Below, piece by piece: positions 56,101 through 64,000 of a DNA stretch of 64,000 bases (position 1 is its first letter; every line of letters starts with the position of its first letter). Where the stretch lies: NCBI GenBank assembly GCA_964247055.1, contig OZ176051.1:372001-436000 (forward strand). The letters are read 5' to 3'. Position numbers and translations under genes: made by a program. The notes under the pieces were generated by a model, which was not told where the DNA came from, searched no databases, and saw only the letters and a list, made by a program, of their open reading frames with translations. This DNA is from Paragordius varius. Its lineage: Eukaryota; Animalia; Nematomorpha.

Positions 56101-59100
56101 ATTTTTTAATTATTTAAAAAATTTATTTTATACGATTTTAAAAATAAAAATGGCTACCTAAAATACAAATTTGATCAGGTGATGTCACCATAATTTTTTT
56201 TGGGTAGCCCTATGGTAGTTCCATCATCACCCCAATATTTTTGAGATCGGACTTTAAATGTAATTTTTATGAATTTTTTAAATATTTAAAAAATTTATTT
56301 TATACGATTTTAAAAATAAAAATGGCTACCTAAAATCCAAATTTGATCAGGTGATGTCGCCATAATTTTTTTTGCTAGACCTATGGTAGTTCCATCATAA
56401 CCCCAAATATTTTTGAGATCGGACTTTAAATGTAATTTTTATGAATTTTTTAAATATTTAAAAAATTTATTTTATACGATTTTAAAAATAAAAATGGCTA
56501 CCTAAAATCCATATTTGATCAGGTGATGTCGCCATAATTTTTTTTGGGTAGCCCTATGGTAGTTCCATCATCACCCTAAATATTTTTGAGATCGGAGTAT
56601 AAATGTAATTTTTATGCATTTTTTAAATATTTAAAAAATTTATTTTATACGATTTTAAAAATAAAAATGGCTACCTAAAATCCAAATTTGATCAGGTGAT
56701 GTCGCCATAATTTTTTTGGGTAGCCCTATGGCAGTTCCATCATCCCCAAATATTTTTGAGATCGGACTTTAAATGTAATTTTTATGAATTTTTTAAATAT
56801 TTAAAAAATTTATTTTATACGATTTTAAAAATAAAAATGGCTACCTAAAATCCAAATTTGATCAGGTGATGTCACCATAATTTTTTTTGGGTAACCCTAT
56901 GGTGGTTCCATCATCACCCCGAATATTTTTGAGATCGGAGTATAAATGTAATTTTTATGAATTTTTTAAATATTTAAAAAATTTATTTTATACGATTTTA
57001 AAAATAAAAATGGCTACCTAAAATCCAAATTTGATCAGGTGATGTCGCCATAATTTTTTTGGGTAGCCCTATAGTAGTTCCATCATCACCCCAAATATTT
57101 TTGAGATCGGAGTATAAATGTAATTTTTATGAATTTTTTAAATATTTAAAAAATTTATTTTATACGATTTTAAAAATAAAAATGGCTACCTAAAATCCAT
57201 ATTTGATCAGGTGATGTCGCCATAATTTTTTTTGGGTAGCCCTATGGTAGTTCCATCATCACCCTAAATATTTTTGAGATCGGAGTATAAATGTAATTTT
57301 TATGGATTTTATAAATATTTAAAAAATTTATTTTATACGATTTTAAAAATAAAAATGGCTACCTAAAATCCATATTTGATCAGGTGATGTTGCCATAATT
57401 TTTTTTGGGTAGCCCTATGGTAGTTCCATCATAACCCCAAATATTTTTGAGATCGGACTTTAAATGTAATTTTCATGAATTTTTTAAATATTTAAAAAAT
57501 TTATTTTATACAATTTTAAAAATAAAAATGGCTACCTATAATCCAAATTTGATCAGGTGATGTTGCCATAATTTTTTTTGGGTAGCCCTATGGTAGTTCC
57601 ATCATCACCCCAATATTTTCGAGATCGGAGTATAAATGTAAATTTTATGAATTTTTTAAATATTTAAAAAATTTATTTTATACGATTTTAAAAATAAAAA
57701 TGGCTACCTAAAATACAAATTTGATCAGGTGATGTCACCATAATTTTTTTTGGGTAGCCCTATGGTAGTTCCATCATCACCCCAATATTTTCGAGATCGG
57801 AGTATAAATGTAATTTTTATGAATTTTTTAAATATTTAAAAAATTTATTTTATACGATTTTAAAAATAAAAATGGCTACCTAAAATCCAAATTTGATAAG
57901 GTGATGTCACCATAATTTTTTTTTGGTAGCCCTATGGTAGTTCCATCATCACCCCAAATATTGTCGAGATCGGAGTATAAGTGTAAATTTTTTGAATTTT
58001 TTAAATATTTAAAAAATTTATTTTATACGATAATAAAAATAAAAATGGCTACCTAAAATCCAAATTTGATCAGGTGATGTCACCATAATTTTTTTTTGGT
58101 AGCCCTATGGTAGTTCCATCATCACCCCAAATATTGTCGAGATCGGAGTATAAATGTAAATTTTTTGAATTTTTTAAATATTTAAAAAATTTATTTTATA
58201 CGATTTTAAAAATAAAAATGGCTACCTAAAATCCAAATTTGATCAGGTGATGTCACCAAAATTTTTTTTTGGTAGCCCTATGGTAGTTCCATCATCACCC
58301 CAAATATTGTCGAGATCGGAGTATAAATGTAAATTTTTTGAATTTTTTAAATATTTAAAAAATTTATTTTATACGATTTTAAAAATAAAAATGGCTACCT
58401 AAAATCCAAATTTGATTGGGTGATGTCACCATAATTTTTTTTTGGCAGCCCTATGGTAGTTCCATCATCACCCCAAATATTGTCGAGATCGGAGTATAAA
58501 TGTAAATTTTTTGAATTTTTTAAATATTTAAAAAATTTATTTTATACAATTTTAAAATAAAAAATGGCTACCTAAAATCCAAATTTGATCAGGTGATGTT
58601 GCCATAATTTTTTTTGGGTAGCCCTATAGTAGTTCCATCATCACCCCAAATATTTTTGAGATCGGACTTTAAATGTAATTTTTATGAATTTTTTAAATAT
58701 TTAAAAAAATTATTTTATACGATTTTAAAAATTAAAATGGCTACCTAAAATCCAAATTTGATCAGGTGATGTCGCCATAATTTTTTTTGGGTAGCCCCAT
58801 GGTAGTTCCATAATCACCCCAAATATTTTGGGGATCGGACTATAAATGTAATTTTTATAAATTTTTTAAATATTTAAAAAATTTATTTTATACGATTTTA
58901 AAAATAAAAATGGCTACCTAAAATCCAAATTTGATCAGGTGATGTTGCCATAATTTTTTTTGGGTAGCCCTATAGTAGTTCCATCATCAACCCAAATATT
59001 TTTGAGATCGGACTATAATTGTAATTTTTATGAATTTTTTAAATATTTAAAAAATTTATTTTATACGATTTTAAAAATAAAAATGGCTACCTAAAATCCA

Positions 59101-60930
59101 AATTTGATCAGGTGATGTCACCATAATTTTTTTTGAGTAGCGCTATGGTAGTTCCATCATCACCCCAAATATTTTCGAGATCGGAGTATAAATGTAATTT
59201 TAATGAATTTTTTAAATATTTAAAAAATTTATTTTATACGATTTTAAAAATAAAAATGGCTACCTAAAATCCAAATTTGATCAGGTGATGTCGCCATAAT
59301 TTTTTTTGGGTAGCCCTATGGTAGTTCCATCATCACCCCAAATATTTTGGGGATCGGACTATAAATGTAATTTTTATAAATTTTTTAAATATTTAAAAAA
59401 TTTATTTTATACGATTTTAAAAATAAAAATGGCTGCCTAAAATCCAAATTTGATCAGGTGATGTCACCATAATTTTTTTTGGGTAGCGCTATGGTAGTTC
59501 CATCATCACCCCAAATATTTTCGAGATCGGAGTATAAATGTAATTTTTATGCATTTTTTAAATATTTAAAAAATTTATTTTATACGATTTTAAAAATAAA
59601 AATGGCTACCTAAAATCCAAATTTGATCAGGTGATGTCGCCATAATTTTTTTGGGTAGCCCTATGGCAGTTCCATCATCCCCAAATATTTTTGAGATCGG
59701 ACTTTAAATGTAATTTTTATGAATTTTTTAAATATTTAAAAAATTTATTTTATACGATTTTAAAAATAAAAATGGCTACCTAAAATCCAAATTTGATCAG
59801 GTGATGTCACCATAATTTTTTTTGGGTAACCCTATGGTGGTTCCATCATCACCCCGAATATTTTTGAGATCGGAGTATAAATGTAATTTTTATGAATTTT
59901 TTAAATATTTAAAAAATTTATTTTATACGATTTTAAAAATAAAAATGGCTACCTAAAATCCAAATTTGATCAGGTGATGTCGCCATAATTTTTTTGGGTA
60001 GCCCTATAGTAGTTCCATCATCACCCCAAATATTTTTGAGATCGGAGTATAAATGTAATTTTTATGAATTTTTTAAATATTTAAAAAATTTATTTTATAC
60101 GATTTTAAAAATAAAAATGGCTACCTAAAATCCATATTTGATCAGGTGATGTCGCCATAATTTTTTTTGGGTAGCCCTATGGTAGTTCCATCATCACCCT
60201 AAATATTTTTGAGATCGGAGTATAAATGTAATTTTTATGGATTTTATAAATATTTAAAAAATTTATTTTATACGATTTTAAAAATAAAAATGGCTACCTA
60301 AAATCCATATTTGATCAGGTGATGTTGCCATAATTTTTTTTGGGTAGCCCTATGGTAGTTCCATCATAACCCCAAATATTTTTGAGATCGGACTTTAAAT
60401 GTAATTTTCATGAATTTTTTAAATATTTAAAAAATTTATTTTATACAATTTTAAAAATAAAAATGGCTACCTATAATCCAAATTTGATCAGGTGATGTTG
60501 CCATAATTTTTTTTGGGTAGCCCTAGAGTAGTTCCATCATCACCCCAAATATTTTTGAGATCGGACTATAATTGTAATTTTTATGAATTTTTTAATTATT
60601 TAAAAAATTTATTTTATACGATTTTAAAAATAAAAATGGCTACCTAAAATACAAATTTGATCAGGTGATGTCACCATAATTTTTTTTGGGTAGCCCTATG
60701 GTAGTTCCATCATCACCCCAATATTTTCGAGATCGGAGTATAAATGTAAATTTTATGAATTTTTTAAATATTTAAAAAATTTATTTTATACGATTTTAAA
60801 AATAAAAATGGCTACCTAAAATCCAAATTTGATCAGGTGATGTCGCCATAATTTTTTTTGCTAGACCTATGGTAGTTCCATCATAACCCCAAATATTTTT
60901 GAGATCGGACTTTAAATGTAATTTTTATGA
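53190..60930 (+). repeat. ~3.2-kb block duplicated at offset 4486 bp (26 monomers), with an intervening partial copy at offset 1551 bp (9 monomers)
   Basis: GATAAGG (53411/57897), CGATAATAA (53546/58032), GGCTGCC (54949/59435) and TTGCTAGACC (56375/60861) are offset by 4486; CCCGAAT (55370/56921/59856) and CCTATAATCC (55988/57539/60474) show both the 1551 and 4486 offsets. Confidence 0.9.
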
Positions 60931-61439
60931 ATTTTTTAAATATTTAAAAAATTTATTTTATACGATTTTAAAAATAAAAATGGCTACCTAAAATCCAAAT
61001 TTGATCAGGTGATGTCGCCATAATTTTTTTTGGGTAGCCCTATCGTAGTTCCATCATCACCCCAAATATTTTTGAGATCGGAGTATAAATGTAATTTTTA
61101 TGAATTTTTTAAATATTTAAAAAATTTATTTTATACGATTTTAAAAATAAAAATGGCTACCTAAAATCCAAATTTGATCAGGTGATGTCGCCATAATTTT
61201 TTTTGGGTAGCCCTATAGTAGTTCCATCATCACCCCAAATATTTTTGAGATCGGAATATAAATGTAATTTTTATGAATTTTTTAAATATTTAAAAAATTT
61301 ATTTTATACGATTTTAAAAATAAAAATGGCTACCTAAAATCCAAATTTGATCAGGTGATGTTGCCATAATTTTTTTTGGGTAGCCCCATGGTAGTTCCAT
61401 CATCACCCCAAATATTTTTGAGATCGGAGTGCAAATGTA

Positions 61440-64000
61440 ATTTTATTTTATTTTATTTTATTTTATTTTATTTTATTTTATTTTATTTTATTTTATTTTA
61501 TTTTATTTTATTTTATTTTATTTTATTTTATTTTATTTTATTTTATTTTATTTTATTTTATTTTATTTTATTTTATTTTATTTTATTTTATTTTATTTTA
61601 TTTTATTTTATTTTATTTTATTTTATTTTATTTTATTTTATGTTATTTTATTTTATTTTATTTTATTTTATTTTATTTTAAAATAGTTATATTTTATTTT
61701 ATTAAATTTAATTCATTTTATTTTATTTTATTTTATTTTATTTTATTTTATTTTATTTTATTTTATTTTATTTTATTTTATTTTAATTTATTTTATTTTA
61801 TTTTATTTTATTTTATTTTATTTTATTTTATTTTATTTTATTTTATTTTATTTTATTTTATTTAATTTTATTTTATGTTATTTTATTTTATTTTATTTTA
61901 AAATAGTTATATTTTATTTTATTTAATTTTATTTCATTTTATTTTATTTTATTTTATTTTATTTTATATAAAAATAGTTATATTTTGTTTTATTTAATTT
62001 TATTTTATTTTTTTTTATTTATTTTTATTTTATTTTATTTTATTTTATTTTATTTTATTTTATTTTATTTTATTTTATTTTAATTTATTTTATTTTTATT
62101 TTATTTTATTTTATTTTATTTTATTTTATTTTATTCTATATAAAAATAGTTATATTTTATTTTATTTAATTTTTTTATTTTATTTTAATTTATTTTTATT
62201 TTATTTTATTTTATTTTATTTTTATTTTATTTAATTTAATTTAATTTAATTTAATTTTATTTTATTTTATTTTATTTTATTTTATTTTATTTTATTTTAT
62301 TTTATTTTAATTTATTTTTATTTTACTTTATTTTATTTTATTTTATTTTATTTTATTTTATTTTATTTTATTTTATTTTATTTTATTTTATTTTATTTTA
62401 TTTTATTTTATTTTATTTTATTTTATTTTATTTTATTTTATTTTATTTTATTTTATTTTATTTTATTTTATTTTATTTTATTTTATTTTATTTTATTTTA
62501 TTTTATTTTATTTTAGTTTATTTTATTTTATTTTATTTTATTTTTATTTAATTTAATTTAATTTAATTTAATTTAATTTAATTTTATTTTATATTATTTT
62601 ATTTTATTTTATTTTATTTTATTTTATTTTTATTTTATTTTATTTTATTTTATTTTATTTTATTTTTTTTTATTTTATTTTATTTTATTTAATTTTAATT
62701 TATTTTTATTTTATTTTATTTATTTTATTTTATTTTATTTTATTTTATTTTATTTTATTTTATTTTATTTTATTTTTTTTTATTTTATTTTATTTTATTT
62801 TATTTTATTTTATTTTATTTTATTTTATTTTATTTTATTTTATTTTATTTTATTTTATTTTATTTTATTTTATTTTGTTTTATTTTATTTTATTTTATTT
62901 TATTTTATTTTATTTTATTTTGTTTTATTTTATTTTATTTTTATTTTTATTTTATTTTATTTTATTTTTTTTTATTTTATTTTATTTTATTTTATTTTAT
63001 TTTATTTTATTCTATATAAATATAGTTATATTTTATTTAATTTTATTTTATTTTATTTTATTTTATTTTAATTTATTTTTATTTTATTTTATTTTATTTT
63101 ATTTTTATTTTATTTAATTTTATTTTATTTTATTTTATTTTATTTTTATTTTATTTTATTTTATTTTATTTTATTTTATTTTATTTTATTTTATTTTATT
63201 TTATTTTATTTTATTTTATTTTATTTTATTTTATTTTATTTTATTTTATTTTATTTTATTTTATTTTATTTTTATTTTATTTTATTTTATTTTATTTTAT
63301 TTTATTCTATATAAAAATAGTTATATTTTATTTTATTTAATTTTTTTATTTTATTTTAATTTATTTTTATTTTATTTTATTTTATTTTATTTTTATTTTA
63401 TTTAATTTAATTTAATTTAATTTAATTTTATTTTATTTTATTTTATTTTATTTTATTTTATTTTATTTTATTTTATTTTATTTTATTTTATTTTATTTTA
63501 TTTTATTTTATTTTATTTTATTTTATTTTATTTTATTTTATTTTATTTTATTTTATTTTATTTTATTTTATTTTATTTTATTTTATTTTATTTTATTTTA
63601 TTTTATTTTATTTTATTTTATTTTATTTTATTTTATTTTATTTTTATTTTATTTTATTTTATTTTATTTTATTTTATTTTATTTTTTTTTATTTTATTTT
63701 ATTTTATTTAATTTTAATTTATTTTTATTTTATTTTATTTTATTTTATTTTATTTTATTTTTATTTTATTTTATTTTATTTTATTTTTATTTTATTTAAT
63801 TTTATTTTATTTTATTTTATTTTATTTTTATTTTATTTTATTTTATTTTATTTTATTTTATTTTATTTTATTTTATTTTATTTTATTTTATTTTATTTTA
63901 TTTTATTTTATTTTATTTTATTTTATTTTAATTTTATTTTATTTTATTTTATTTTATTTTATTCTATATAAAAATAGTTATATTTTATTTTATTTAATTT
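61440..64000 (+). repeat. Degenerate (ATTTT)n / (AAAAT)n pentanucleotide simple repeat with interruptions; continues beyond the right edge
   Basis: Pure ATTTT run at 61440-61640, followed by ATTTT tracts with length variants, AATTT sub-tracts and a recurrent AAAATAGTTATA interruption. Confidence 0.99.

Larger units (their letters stand above)
1..61444 (+). repeat. Tandem satellite DNA array, ~173-bp monomer (about 355 copies, head-to-tail, single orientation); continues beyond the left edge of the window
   Basis: The unit TGTAATTTTTATGAATTTTTTAAATATTTAAAAAATTTATTTTATACGATTTTAAAAATAAAAATGGCTACCTAAAATCCAAATTTGATCAGGTGATGTC(G/A)CCATAATTTTTTTTGGGTAGCCCTATGGTAGTTCCATCATCACCCCAAATATTTT(TGA/CGA/GGG)GATCGGA(G/C)T(A/T)TAAA restarts at 1, 174, 345, 518 and so on throughout. 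Monomer 1 has 44 G+C in 173 bp (~25%). No match to a family I recognise. Confidence 0.99.

Noticed and set aside
1-61444. CRISPR array interpretation
   Set aside because: There are no unique spacers: the whole 173-bp unit is repeated, and no cas genes are present.
61376-61681. 101-aa ORF (MGSPMVV...ILFYF repeats)
   Set aside because: It starts in the last satellite monomer and reads through (ATTTT)n, which has no stop codon in this frame; ILFYF is simply the pentamer translation.
61975-62154. 172-bp spacing between two TAGTTATA cassettes, suggesting a decayed satellite monomer
   Set aside because: The other spacings (220, 71, 876, 295, 657) do not fit multiples of 173, and the intervening sequence is plain ATTTT; most likely coincidence.
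62875-63117. 80-aa ORF of FYFIL repeats
   Set aside because: It is a translation of the microsatellite with no coding complexity.
61440-64000. Telomerase-type telomeric repeat
   Set aside because: It has no G-rich strand, matches no telomere motif I know, and contains complex duplicated interruptions. A subtelomeric location cannot be excluded from this window.

Overview
The window is entirely non-coding tandem repeat, most consistent with eukaryotic heterochromatin. Bases 1 to ~61,444 are an uninterrupted head-to-tail array of a ~173-bp satellite (about 355 monomers, ~25% GC, one orientation, no insertions seen). Bases ~61,440-64,000 are a degenerate (ATTTT)n/(AAAAT)n simple repeat that begins abruptly inside the last monomer. 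I found no credible genes, RNA genes, transposons or CRISPR arrays; both ORF-track calls are (ATTTT)n translation artefacts. I do not recognise the satellite family or the organism, and I found no new gene system. The interesting content is structural: (i) a monomer rich in dyad symmetry, with a perfect 24/30-bp AT palindrome and two interleaved inverted repeats; (ii) nested duplications with many different offsets (173, 516/686, 862, 1032, 1206, 1551, 1709, 1895/2241, 2933, 3776, 4486 bp) rather than one fixed higher-order repeat; (iii) a change of variant repertoire at ~39-44 kb; (iv) a sharp satellite-to-microsatellite junction; and (v) a recurrent TAGTTATA cassette and block duplications inside the microsatellite. 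All offsets were read by eye from shared diagnostic variants, and block boundaries are approximate to within about one monomer.
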